64,000 nucleotides of DNA from Salinivirgaceae bacterium (GTDB lineage: Bacteria; Bacteroidota; Bacteroidia; Bacteroidales; SZUA-534), in NCBI GenBank assembly GCA_050251815.1, contig JBFWMB010000006.1, positions 16,092 to 80,091 on the forward strand, given 5' to 3'. Under the pieces are notes generated by a model. The model made no database searches and was not told where the DNA came from. It saw only the letters and a program-made list of their open reading frames with translations. A program made the position numbers and the translations under genes. This document shows positions 30,631-40,536 of the stretch, piece after piece. Within the stretch, counting starts at the first letter, position 1. The number at the start of each line of letters is the position of its first letter.

Positions 30631-31308
30631 TTAATACTTTATTATAAAGTAGAGTGGAATAATTGAAAATCCAACAGCAATAAGAATCGCAAATATATTG
30701 CCCACAAACTCAATTCGTTTGCGCCAAATGTCGTTATTCCATCCAATGGTTTGAAAAGCACTCCAGAAACCATGAGTTAAGTGGATTCCCAAAAAGATTG
30801 CTCCTGCAATGTAAATCAAACAGTAAAATAAACTCGCTTTAAAAAGACCGCCTACCAAACCATAGGCATTCTCCATCGCTACACCATCTACCATAACACT
30901 TGGAACCGTATGGCTTATTTTAAGCTGCCAATAAAAATTTATGATGTGAATCACTAAAAAAATCAGGATTAATGTGCCCAGCACAAACATATTTCGCGAC
31001 GCCCAAGAACTCGACTTACTTAAATCGGCTTTTTTGTAGTTTACCGGGCGAGCTTTTTGGTTTTTCAGCGTAAGGTACGTAGCATATAAAATATGCAAAA
31101 CAAAACCAAGTGCTAAAATAGGTTCCACTATTTTAATGAGTGGATTGGTTGCCATAAAATGGGCACCCTGATTAAATAAATTTCCACTGTCGTCGAACAA
31201 CAAAAGTAAATTTACACTCAGGTGTACCACTAAAAACATCATCAGGAAAAAGCCTGTAATGCTCATAAAGAATTTTTTCCCAATGGAGGAATTAACAAAA
31301 CTGCTCAT
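30631..31308 (-). CDS. sdhC: Succinate dehydrogenase/fumarate reductase cytochrome b subunit (Bacteroidota type)
   Basis: ORF 30631..31359; ATG at 31308 gives MSSFVNSSIGKKF. It has five predicted TM helices and lies upstream of sdhA and sdhB. Confidence 0.85.
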   Translation of the reverse strand: MSSFVNSSIGKKFFMSITGFFLMMFLVVHLSVNLLLLFDDSGNLFNQGAHFMATNPLIKIVEPILALGFVLHILYATYLTLKNQKARPVNYKKADLSKSSSWASRNMFVLGTLILIFLVIHIINFYWQLKISHTVPSVMVDGVAMENAYGLVGGLFKASLFYCLIYIAGAIFLGIHLTHGFWSAFQTIGWNNDIWRKRIEFVGNIFAILIAVGFSIIPLYFIIKY

Positions 31309-31641
31309 AAGGATTCTATTTAAATTAAGTTGTATAATTGTTTGCTGATCCAAAAACAAATCTAATTATTTTCCGCTTTAATTCGCTTGTTATCTTTTTC
31401 AAATATGAAACAAAGTATATGTCAGGCAGCATAATGAGGCAATTTATTAGCAAAATGGCAGCGTTTTAAGGATTCAGTTGGTTAATTCAAAAAATTTAAA
31501 AATCGTCCCAGACAAGCCACCAAAGCATCTTATAGGAATAACCTTTTATTTGTCAACGCATTTCAACTGCGAATGTATTGTTTTTTTAAATTACAAATCC
31601 TATATTCGTAATTTATTAACAAATTGTTGATAACTCTGATT

Positions 31642-32367
31642 ATGCCTTACCGACGATTACCCAACACCGATGTAGCCCGAATCAGGGCTATGCAAAAAGC
31701 ACTTCAAAAAACGGAAGGAATTCCTCCTTTCAATTTACCCTTTAGTGTTTCAATCCATCAGGAATTAAAATATTTTTTTCCTGAGTTTAAACAGGCCCTC
31801 CAATTCCAAAAGGAAGCTCAAGAACGACAATACCTTAAGCACAAGAAACATCAGGAGAGTTTTAAAAAGGCCCGGCTATACGTTTCGCATTTTATTCAGG
31901 TTTTAAACTTTGCCATAATTCGCGGAGAACTTAAACCGGAAACCCGCGCTATTTTTGGATTGGACGAAGACGAAAGAAAATTGCCTCTGTTAAATTCAGA
32001 AAAAGACCTTATAGAATGGGGCGATCGCTTAATTAAAGGCGAGTACACTCGTTTAACGTCGGGGCAGACTCCCATAACAAACCCAACAATTGCAAGGGTA
32101 AAAGTGCACTATGAAGATTTTTTAAAGATTCACCAAAGTCAGAAACATTTGCAGGAAACGCATACCAAATCGGCAGAAAAAATAGTTGAATTGCGAAATA
32201 AAGCCGACCTGATAATTGCTCAGTTGTGGAATGAAATTGAGGACAATTTTTCTGATTTACCGGCAGAGGAGAAGCGAGAACAGGCTGAAAAGTATGGTTT
32301 GGTTTATGTTTTCAGAAAGAACGAACGTTTATTGTTCCGAAATTTGAAATTGGGAGTTGTAAAATAA
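31642..32367 (+). CDS. Hypothetical protein (helical, basic)
   Basis: ORF 31624..32367; ATG at 31642 gives MPYRRLPNTDVARIRAM. No family was recognised. Confidence 0.6.
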   Translation: MPYRRLPNTDVARIRAMQKALQKTEGIPPFNLPFSVSIHQELKYFFPEFKQALQFQKEAQERQYLKHKKHQESFKKARLYVSHFIQVLNFAIIRGELKPETRAIFGLDEDERKLPLLNSEKDLIEWGDRLIKGEYTRLTSGQTPITNPTIARVKVHYEDFLKIHQSQKHLQETHTKSAEKIVELRNKADLIIAQLWNEIEDNFSDLPAEEKREQAEKYGLVYVFRKNERLLFRNLKLGVVK

Positions 32368-32423
32368 GTATTGTTAACTGCGAAGTCAAAAATACAAACT
32401 TCCCAATTGCCTTCTTCGTGAAC

Positions 32424-32807
32424 TTATCCGCTAACCAAAAACCGTTCGAGCATTGCCAGTAATTTATTTATATTAACTGGTTTACGAATAATGGCATCGA
32501 AACCTGAATTTCCAAATTCTTTTTCGGTAATTTCTTGCTGATAAAAGGTCTGTGCAATAACCGGCAAGCCGGGTTTAATCTTTTTTATTTGCTTTGCGGC
32601 TTCAAAACCATCTAAATTTGGCATATAAATATCCATTAAAACCAAATCTATTTCGGGATGGGAAGAAACCAAACTTACGGCTTCAGAACCGTTTTCAGCC
32701 CGCAGGATTTTCACCTCAGTAGAATTTAATATCTTCTCGATAAATAAATAATTGGCTGGTTCATCTTCGGCAACCAATATAGTTTTATTGCTCCAGTTTT
32801 GAGTCAT
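32424..32807 (-). CDS. Stand-alone response-regulator receiver protein
   Basis: The 127-aa ORF has an acidic pocket in ILVAEDEP, the phospho-acceptor in LVLMDIYMP, and a conserved Lys in IRKP. Confidence 0.9.
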   Translation of the reverse strand: MTQNWSNKTILVAEDEPANYLFIEKILNSTEVKILRAENGSEAVSLVSSHPEIDLVLMDIYMPNLDGFEAAKQIKKIKPGLPVIAQTFYQQEITEKEFGNSGFDAIIRKPVNINKLLAMLERFLVSG

Positions 32808-32993
32808 AACAGGTTAATTATTTGGCTGTATAAATTTCGGAAAAATATTTAATTAACCAATGTTTACGTAAAAAAGTTTGCCAATCAACCGTTTGTTTAT
32901 CAAACACCAGGTTTTATTGACGAACACACCTTTTTAAATCGTTACAAAACTACATTTGAAAAAACTATTCTTGAAAACCGGTGCAGAATTAAG

Positions 32994-34553
32994 CTACTTT
33001 CGGGGTTCAAGCAGCACAAAAGGAATCAACATTTCTTCCAATGAAACACCCCCATGTTGAAAGGTATTTTTGTAATAACTTACATAATGATTGTAGTTGT
33101 TGGGATAAGCAAAAAAATCGTCGTTGCAGGCAAAGGCATACGAGGTACTAACATTTACTTTTGGCAAATAAACCGAATGTGGATTTTGAACTTCAAAAAC
33201 CTCTTTGGGGTTATAAGACAACGTTTTTCCCTGTTTATACCTGAGATTTGTACTTATGGTTTTATCGCCGGCAATTTTTACGGGATTGTGAACCCGAATG
33301 GTGCCGTGGTCGGTAGTAATAGCTACCGGAATATTTTTTTCGGAAAGCTGTTTTATTAACTCGAACAAACTACTGTGCTCAAACCACGAGAGCGTAAGGC
33401 TACGGTAAGCCGATTCGTCAGATGCCAATTCACGAATCATATCCATTTCGGTACGCGCATGCGATAACATATCGACAAAATTTACCACTACAACCGACAA
33501 ATTATGGTTTAACAATCCACTCAGATTGTTTGCCAGCTTGCGTCCTTTATCGATATTGTTTACTTTTTCATAAAATAAACTTGCTTTTATACCCAAACGG
33601 CTCATCTGCTTTTGCATCAGTTGCTCTTCAAACTGGTTTTTACTGCCTTCGTCGGATTCGTTTAACCAATATTCGGGATGCAGTTTCTCAATTTCAGAAG
33701 GCATTAAACCAGCAAACATGGCATTGCGTGCAAACTGAGTAGCAGTTGGCAAAATACTATAAAACAAATCATCTGATTTTACCGAATAATAAGGAGCTAT
33801 CAAAGGTTCGAGCATTTTCCACTGGTCGTACCTCAGGTTGTCGATTACAAAAACAACCAGGTTTTTTTGCTGTGAGAGTTTGGGAAAAATCTTCTCACGA
33901 AACACATTAGGCGACATTAATGGTCTTTCAGCTTCGTTTGACTGAAACCAATCGATATAGTTCTTCTTAATAAAACGGGCAAAAGCCTTATTGGCATCAA
34001 CATGTTGCATTTGCAGCACCTGATCCATACCTTGCTCAGCGTGTTTTTCGAGTTCCAATTCCCAAAAAACCAATTTGCGGTACACATTTATCCAATCCTG
34101 AGCGTTTTGACAATCGCTAATTTCCATTCCCAGCCGATTAAACTCAGCCTGATAATTTGCTGTTGTTTTTTGACCCACCAGCCGGCGCTGCTCGGTAATT
34201 TTTTTTATCGCCATTAATATTTGTTTCGGATTCACCGGTTTTATCAGGTAGTCGGCAATCTTTGAGCCAATGGCCTCTTCCATGATATATTCTTCTTCGC
34301 TTTTAGTTATCATAACTACAGGAAGAACCGGTACCATATCCTTAATTTTCGATAAAGTCTCCAAACCGCTTAATCCGGGCATGTTTTCGTCGAGAAAAAT
34401 TAAATCAAACTCCATATCACGAACCATATCAATGGCGTCGGCGCCATTATTTACGGTTTCGACCCGATAACCTTTCGATTCTAAAAAAATTATATGGGGT
34501 TTCAGTAATTCAATCTCGTCGTCAACCCACAGTATATTGATTGTTTTCATCAT
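32994..34553 (-). CDS. porX: PorX-type response regulator (REC plus PglZ / alkaline-phosphatase-superfamily domain)
   Basis: ORF 32994..34607; ATG at 34553. The REC domain is marked by ILWVDDE and LIFLDENMPG. The long C-terminal region has a PglZ-like layout (VFVIDNLRYDQW, HARTEMD, TTDHGT). Confidence 0.75.
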   Translation of the reverse strand: MMKTINILWVDDEIELLKPHIIFLESKGYRVETVNNGADAIDMVRDMEFDLIFLDENMPGLSGLETLSKIKDMVPVLPVVMITKSEEEYIMEEAIGSKIADYLIKPVNPKQILMAIKKITEQRRLVGQKTTANYQAEFNRLGMEISDCQNAQDWINVYRKLVFWELELEKHAEQGMDQVLQMQHVDANKAFARFIKKNYIDWFQSNEAERPLMSPNVFREKIFPKLSQQKNLVVFVIDNLRYDQWKMLEPLIAPYYSVKSDDLFYSILPTATQFARNAMFAGLMPSEIEKLHPEYWLNESDEGSKNQFEEQLMQKQMSRLGIKASLFYEKVNNIDKGRKLANNLSGLLNHNLSVVVVNFVDMLSHARTEMDMIRELASDESAYRSLTLSWFEHSSLFELIKQLSEKNIPVAITTDHGTIRVHNPVKIAGDKTISTNLRYKQGKTLSYNPKEVFEVQNPHSVYLPKVNVSTSYAFACNDDFFAYPNNYNHYVSYYKNTFQHGGVSLEEMLIPFVLLEPRK

Positions 34554-34776
34554 AATAAAGTTAATTTTATTAATTACACCGCCCGCCTTTCGACAGACAC
34601 TTAACACATCCTAAAGTTTATAATTCTATTTTTTTTTTAAACTGGTGTGTTCATCTATTTAAAGCATTATTTATTCAAGAACTTTGCTCTTTATCAAAGA
34701 GAATACACCACGCAGTGTAGATAATTAACAAAAGGAAAGAAACAAAGTTATAAAACGGTAGTAGTTTGATCAATAA

Positions 34777-37428
34777 TTACTTTTTTAAATAGTTTCTGTC
34801 GAAGAATTTTTGGTATTTGAGTACGTTTTTATCCGCTAAAAAGGTTTGTAAGTTATCGGCTGAGATAATAAAATCGCGGTAACTGTCATCCTCAAAATCA
34901 TTGAGCACGTCGCCGGCAATTCGAACCGATTCATAATAATTGTTGGCCATATTCCGATTTTTAAACGACTTAACAACTACCAGCGAATAATCGGCCGAGA
35001 GCAATTGGTTTTCCACTTCAAAATTCAGGAAGTCGTAGTAATCGATATTAAAATTTTGCATACGAAACTGTACCAAATTAGCGCTCACTTTTTGGTTGGC
35101 CACTACCACTATATAGTAATGCGTTTGGCTAAGATCTACTTTATAAATGGCCAAATCGGCAGAGTCGATAGCTGAAACTTCGGCTAATTCACTTCCAAAT
35201 ACCGGTTCTTCTTCTTCAAGAATCACTTCGCGCGGTTTGCGTTCCAAAGCAGCCAGCACTTCGTTTGCATAAACAACTTCTTCTTTGCCCGCAAAACGGG
35301 TTACAAACGAGGTTAACAGATTTTTTAAGGCCAGTGTATCGCCGGTATGGCCAACACACAAATGGCTAAGTAAAGCAAACTTGGGTAACAGGGTGCTTTC
35401 AGAAAATGCGGAATCGACATATTGGTAATTGTAATGCACCTCGTCGCAATTGTTATTGATGAAATACTTGTAAGTGGCCTGATACATGAATTTAACCTGA
35501 TTGTCGATTTTTTCAAGCTCTTTAAAATATTCGGGATTACCCAATACTTTGGCATATTCACTGTTCGGAAATTCATTAATCACCCGGTTTTTATAAGTCT
35601 CGGCCTGATTGTAGTTTTTGGTTAAAAAATACAGCTTATACAAATTGTAATAACTTATCAGCTTATTCTCGGTGTCGGGATACTTTTTTAATAAATTCAA
35701 ATAGCCGTCAATACTTAGTCCAAAATCGTAGAACTTGTCTTTGTAGAGGGTTGCCATATTAAAATAGGCTTGCTCAATTTTGGCGTTCGAAGCCTGAATG
35801 GCAGAATCGGTTAACGGCAAATCAACCAGATAATAATCGCGGGTTTTATTGCTCAGTTTGCTTTTGGCATTTTCAGTTTCGGCCGTTTCGTTTGCTAAAG
35901 CAGGTCCGAAATCACCAGTCGCTTTGTTTTTTCGCCGCCAGTTGTCTTCCAGTTTACGTTCGCCCCAACGGGTTCTAAACTCTTGCTGCCCCATGCTTAA
36001 CATGGCCGGATTATAAAAATACCAGGCACCGCCTCCTTCGTTTCGCATGGTGTTTCCCTGCTGCTGCAAAAAAGCCATCTCTTGCTGCTGTTGAACTTTA
36101 GCGGCTTTCTCTTCCATTTCCTTATCAATAATTTGAGCAATTAATTGATCGATAATTGCGTTTCGTTTGGCATCGGGCAAAGCTGCAATACGTTGTAAAC
36201 TATCCTGTTCTTCAATCACCAGCAAATTAGTAACCAGTGCATTCAGGTTTTGATTTTTGGTTTTTAACTCGGAATAGTCGGGATAATCGGACGATAGTAT
36301 AGCCACTGCGCTGTCATAATAAGCCTGGGCTTTACGATATTCGGGCTGTTCAAAAAACAAGTCGGCAGCGGCCAGATACGAAACCGATTTTTGATTGGTA
36401 TTAACCGTGCTAACCTGCGCCGATTTAAGGAAAAAATCGATGGCGTCGTAGGTGCGCGACTCGTTCAACGCTATTTTACCCAGAGCATAATAAATCTGAT
36501 CGCGGAAATCGATGTTTTTTTCGTCGCGTAACATTTTGTTTAACTCTTTTTGAAGTGGTCCGCTATCGGCTGCTGAGGCGTTAAAAATACTGGCCCGATT
36601 AATACGTGCATTAAACGTCATTTCGTAATTGGGATTCTGGTCAATCACCTTACCAAAGGCTTCAAAAGCTTTGTTTTTTTCATCGTTATACTGATACAAC
36701 TGAGCCAGAATATAAGTATAGCGGGCTTTCTTTTTTTTATCCGACGTATAACCGATTCCCTGAATAAGAAAGGGAATGGCCGATTCGTATTGTTTCTGTT
36801 TCATACGAATGTCGGCATTGGTTAAGGCCACATCACCCAAAAGCGATTCTGGAACCTGATCTTTCTCACTTTCGAATTTACTAATAAACTCCAAAGCCTG
36901 ATCGAATTTTTCCATTTCAACATAGGTTCGCGACAGCCAAAGGTAAGCATCATACTTAATGGGTTTGTTACTGTATTCGCGAATAATGTAATTAAAGGTT
37001 TCGATGGCGGCATAAAAATCGTGCTTGTAAAAATGGGCTTTCCCAATTAACAAATATGAGTCGTCAATCCATTTTACAAATTCATTCTGATTGTAAAAAT
37101 CCTTATCTTTTTGGCTTTGTCTTTTTGAATCTTTTCGCTTGGGCTTAACCCGAATGGAATGTTTGCGAATGCATTTTGAACCTTTTTCGATGGCCCGGTT
37201 CATCTCTCCAAATGAACCACGGGTAACTTCGCTGTTACTGTATTTAAAAATGGGTAAAATCAGAGAGTAATTATCTTTATACGATTCATCAATTTTTTTA
37301 ACCCCGGTTTTAAAGGCATCATTACCATTGTAGTAAACATTGTAGTACGAAGTTAGGTTGTGAAAAGAGCGGGTTACTACCGTATTCTTTTTTGTAGAAC
37401 AGGCCTGCAAAATCAACAGGCTCATCAT
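34777..37428 (-). CDS. Large TPR lipoprotein, PorW/SprE-like (T9SS / gliding associated)
   Basis: ORF 34777..37602. The likely start is the ATG at 37428 (MMSLLILQACSTKKNTVVTRSFHNLTSYYNVYYNG, with lipobox), but this is uncertain. Multiple TPR-like helices are present and the gene is adjacent to the porX-like gene. The family call rests on remembered N-terminal pattern only. Confidence 0.5.
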   Translation of the reverse strand: MMSLLILQACSTKKNTVVTRSFHNLTSYYNVYYNGNDAFKTGVKKIDESYKDNYSLILPIFKYSNSEVTRGSFGEMNRAIEKGSKCIRKHSIRVKPKRKDSKRQSQKDKDFYNQNEFVKWIDDSYLLIGKAHFYKHDFYAAIETFNYIIREYSNKPIKYDAYLWLSRTYVEMEKFDQALEFISKFESEKDQVPESLLGDVALTNADIRMKQKQYESAIPFLIQGIGYTSDKKKKARYTYILAQLYQYNDEKNKAFEAFGKVIDQNPNYEMTFNARINRASIFNASAADSGPLQKELNKMLRDEKNIDFRDQIYYALGKIALNESRTYDAIDFFLKSAQVSTVNTNQKSVSYLAAADLFFEQPEYRKAQAYYDSAVAILSSDYPDYSELKTKNQNLNALVTNLLVIEEQDSLQRIAALPDAKRNAIIDQLIAQIIDKEMEEKAAKVQQQQEMAFLQQQGNTMRNEGGGAWYFYNPAMLSMGQQEFRTRWGERKLEDNWRRKNKATGDFGPALANETAETENAKSKLSNKTRDYYLVDLPLTDSAIQASNAKIEQAYFNMATLYKDKFYDFGLSIDGYLNLLKKYPDTENKLISYYNLYKLYFLTKNYNQAETYKNRVINEFPNSEYAKVLGNPEYFKELEKIDNQVKFMYQATYKYFINNNCDEVHYNYQYVDSAFSESTLLPKFALLSHLCVGHTGDTLALKNLLTSFVTRFAGKEEVVYANEVLAALERKPREVILEEEEPVFGSELAEVSAIDSADLAIYKVDLSQTHYYIVVVANQKVSANLVQFRMQNFNIDYYDFLNFEVENQLLSADYSLVVVKSFKNRNMANNYYESVRIAGDVLNDFEDDSYRDFIISADNLQTFLADKNVLKYQKFFDRNYLKK

Positions 37429-37676
37429 CAAAAAAAATATGCGCTTATGTTTGATGTAGATTTGTAGCAAAGTGAATGTGTTTTTCAATGAATAAACTTC
37501 AATTGGGCAAAAATATTTTATTTTTTGTAATCTTTTTAATGAAACCGGAATAATCTGGCTTATTGTAATTGATGCCGGATAACTATGGTCAGAAAAAAAC
37601 ACCCAAAGCCGTTTATTATTTTATGGTTCTTGAATAAAGTTGCGTTCGATACAGATTCACTCCGTTCAGGGTTCGA

Positions 37677-38921
37677 TCAATAATCACGCAAACCCGGCTC
37701 AATCCACTCATGTTTCCACAGCTCAAATAAATCAGGATCGTTAGGAATTTGTTCCGGTTCGTTTGATAGGAGTTCTTGAGCTGCACTATTAATAAATTCG
37801 CTGTTAAACTTAATTTTAGTAAGCCTTTCGGAACCAAAAGCATATTTTTTGTGATTTAATGATAATAACTGAGCATTTTTCGACAGGTTATTCTCATCGG
37901 TTAAGCGTGCTATTTGGTATTCAATTCCATCGGAGTGTTGCTTGCGGATATATCCCCGTTGCGAAAGAGTTGGTTGTTCAGGAAAAAGTGTTTTACTAAT
38001 TTGCCTGCGAAATCCGGCTGCCTGGAACCGGTTTTTAAAAAAGAACGAACAGTAATTTACGCCTATCGGCAACTGTTGCATTTTTGCATAATGCCTAATT
38101 TCCAAAGCGGCCAATTCCGATTCGAGCACAAGCGGTTTTTCAGCAGGAATATAGGTATAGGGGCGCTTCTTTAACCGTTCAACATTGTATGGCGTTAAAC
38201 GCAGTTGGTGTAGGTTTAAATTGCTAACTCCGGCATCAATCATCAGGGGTAGCAGCTCAATCAACCGTTCTTTTTCTTCAGGTACTGCCGGAATTTCTAT
38301 GGTAAGGTTTTTAATCAGCCCTTTGGCCATTTTAATCTTGTCGAGACTGTAATTTATTGCACCAATATCGAAGCGCACCTCGTTTAAGTTCTGAGAAGCC
38401 AGCTTTTGAAATACATCGGGCGAAGCCAAAATACCATTGGTATACATCCATGTATAAATATCGTCGGGAGCAAATTTCCGAACCGCTTCTAAATAATCAT
38501 AAACCCGTTGCGGATATAACAAAGGTTCTCCTCCGCTAAAACTTACTCCTTTAAATCCAAAATGCTTTACATATTCGGCATACGATTCGGGTGTAGGAAA
38601 AGTCAAACCTTGCGAACTTGGTAATTCATCGGTATTCTGCGATGTAGGACAATAAAAGCATTTTGCATTACATTTGCCGGTAATAAATAAACAACTCCAC
38701 AAACCCGCACCACAAATTCGGCAACCCTCAGATATTTGCATATAATAAGGCTTGGTTCCTTTAAAAAGCGTGGTATGCCCGGGAGGGTTCAGCAGCTCAT
38801 TGCGTTTTTCCTGAAAATCGTGTGCAGCATACGGATTTAACCAGTTTAACTCAGGATAAGCGGCATAATCTTTCTTGTTTTTGGTAAGTAAGAGGTTCAG
38901 ATAACTGTAAAAGGCATCCAT
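37677..38921 (-). CDS. Radical SAM protein
   Basis: The 414-aa ORF has the cluster CNAKCFYCP (CxxxCxxC) and the SAM-binding GGEPLL motif. Confidence 0.85.
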   Translation of the reverse strand: MDAFYSYLNLLLTKNKKDYAAYPELNWLNPYAAHDFQEKRNELLNPPGHTTLFKGTKPYYMQISEGCRICGAGLWSCLFITGKCNAKCFYCPTSQNTDELPSSQGLTFPTPESYAEYVKHFGFKGVSFSGGEPLLYPQRVYDYLEAVRKFAPDDIYTWMYTNGILASPDVFQKLASQNLNEVRFDIGAINYSLDKIKMAKGLIKNLTIEIPAVPEEKERLIELLPLMIDAGVSNLNLHQLRLTPYNVERLKKRPYTYIPAEKPLVLESELAALEIRHYAKMQQLPIGVNYCSFFFKNRFQAAGFRRQISKTLFPEQPTLSQRGYIRKQHSDGIEYQIARLTDENNLSKNAQLLSLNHKKYAFGSERLTKIKFNSEFINSAAQELLSNEPEQIPNDPDLFELWKHEWIEPGLRDY

Positions 38922-39320
38922 AAAATAAATTTATTGATAATTACATGAAGTACTTGCGGACCCGCAGCATTTTTTGATTAGAAATTATTGTTACAAGAAA
39001 TGTAAACTTTCACACGGATAAGAAGAAGAAAATACCGTGTAAGTGTTCTGAAAGAAAAGAATAGCGAGCTTACAGCTCCGAAAAGATGTATAAAAACATC
39101 AGTAAACCATCGTTTTGCTGATGCCCTTTAAGAATACCGATACGCTTTTGAATCTGATTCATGCTGAGGGTAAAAGTACTACTAATTGATGGATGTTGGT
39201 AGCATAAAACTATAGGTTTTTTTTAAATATAGCACCAAATGATTTAATGCAGACGTTATTGAATAAAACAATTTGTTGAAGAGCAACTTGCGGCCTTTGA
39301 AGGCCAGAATATTTTTAGTT

Positions 39321-40454
39321 TTACGATTGCAATACCTGCTTTAGTTCGCTAGCTATAGCCTGCCACGAATACCGATCAAAAAAACTATCGGGTGTATTTT
39401 CATCTTCTGACAATGCTTCGGCAATTTTTTCGGTAAAACTGTCCCAATCGTTATCGGCTACAACTTTAAGTTTCTTTCCACAAAGGCGTGCATCAATTCC
39501 ATGAGCTCCGGTAATGGTCGACACTACCGTTTTATTAAAGCCAAGAGCTTCTACCACCCGGGTACGAATTCCTCCGGCACTTAATACCGGATTAATAACC
39601 ACATCGGCACTGCCGGTATATTCATCAATATCGGGGACAAAACCAGCATAAATAAGGTGTTTATCGGAATATTCCCTTAACTGATCTTTGTAATCAGCCG
39701 ATATGCCACCTCCACAAACAAGAACTTTATAGGGTGTACTGATTCTTTTTTGCATACGAGGCAACAATTCATTGATTATAATCTCCAGCGCTTCGATATT
39801 TGGCAAATACTTTAGTGCACCAAAAAACATAATAACCTTCTCCTCGGGTTTAATCCCTACCGAAGCTTTGGTTTGTCTGATACTTTCGGCAGGACGTTCC
39901 AAAACCCGGGTTTGAGGAATTCCATAAGCTGAAATGTGACATTTATCGTCAGGTAGTTTAAATTTCTCGATGGCCAACCTCCGATCTTCTTCCGAAACAA
40001 AAAAAATGGCTTTGGCTTTACTATAGGTAAACGATTCCCAGAAGTACAATAAGGGATACCACCATTTACCTAATGAGCGATAACGAAGGTATTCAATATT
40101 GTGGGCATGTATAAAAAAAGGAATTCCGGTTTTTCTTGAAGCCAAGTAAACAATGGGTCCCATAAAGGGTTTTTCGAGCAAAACAGCAATCGGTTTTATT
40201 TCATTAATCTTATTTACGATATATGTAAAGTTGCCAAATGATAAATATTTACGTACCCGATGTTCAATTTTTGGAAGCAGTTCAAACGAGTGTCCGGCAG
40301 TTATCGATTTGGTATCGGTAATACAAACCAACGAAGTAATTTTCCCCAATGCATCAAGCATTCCATACGTATGTTTTTGGCCGCCATCTACCGGGGGCAA
40401 TAAGGGAGAAGGAACTATCGATAAAACAACCGGCTCTTTTGGTGCTGTTTCCAT
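39321..40454 (-). CDS. Glycosyltransferase, GT4-like (GT-B fold)
   Basis: The 377-aa ORF starts with an N-terminal GGQKHTYG-type motif. The C-terminal region (SAGGIRTRVVEALGFNKTVVST) resembles the GT4 E-x7-E region. Confidence 0.75.
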   Translation of the reverse strand: METAPKEPVVLSIVPSPLLPPVDGGQKHTYGMLDALGKITSLVCITDTKSITAGHSFELLPKIEHRVRKYLSFGNFTYIVNKINEIKPIAVLLEKPFMGPIVYLASRKTGIPFFIHAHNIEYLRYRSLGKWWYPLLYFWESFTYSKAKAIFFVSEEDRRLAIEKFKLPDDKCHISAYGIPQTRVLERPAESIRQTKASVGIKPEEKVIMFFGALKYLPNIEALEIIINELLPRMQKRISTPYKVLVCGGGISADYKDQLREYSDKHLIYAGFVPDIDEYTGSADVVINPVLSAGGIRTRVVEALGFNKTVVSTITGAHGIDARLCGKKLKVVADNDWDSFTEKIAEALSEDENTPDSFFDRYSWQAIASELKQVLQS

Positions 40455-40536
40455 ATTTCGGGTTTAGTGAAAATAAAGCTTAAAAGTAAACATAAATCAT
40501 CTGCTGTCGAGCTTTTTTGCAAGAAAAACTGCCTGC

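Noticed and set aside
37616-37843. 75-aa minus-strand ORF overlapping the 3' end of the radical SAM gene, plus long N-terminal extensions of several ORFs (440, 3636, 11248, 19132, 31359, 34607, 37602, 43894)
   Set aside because: The extensions start at TTG or other non-ATG codons, or precede an internal ATG that yields a proper signal peptide or lipobox. Some overlap upstream terminators. The shorter starts were used instead.
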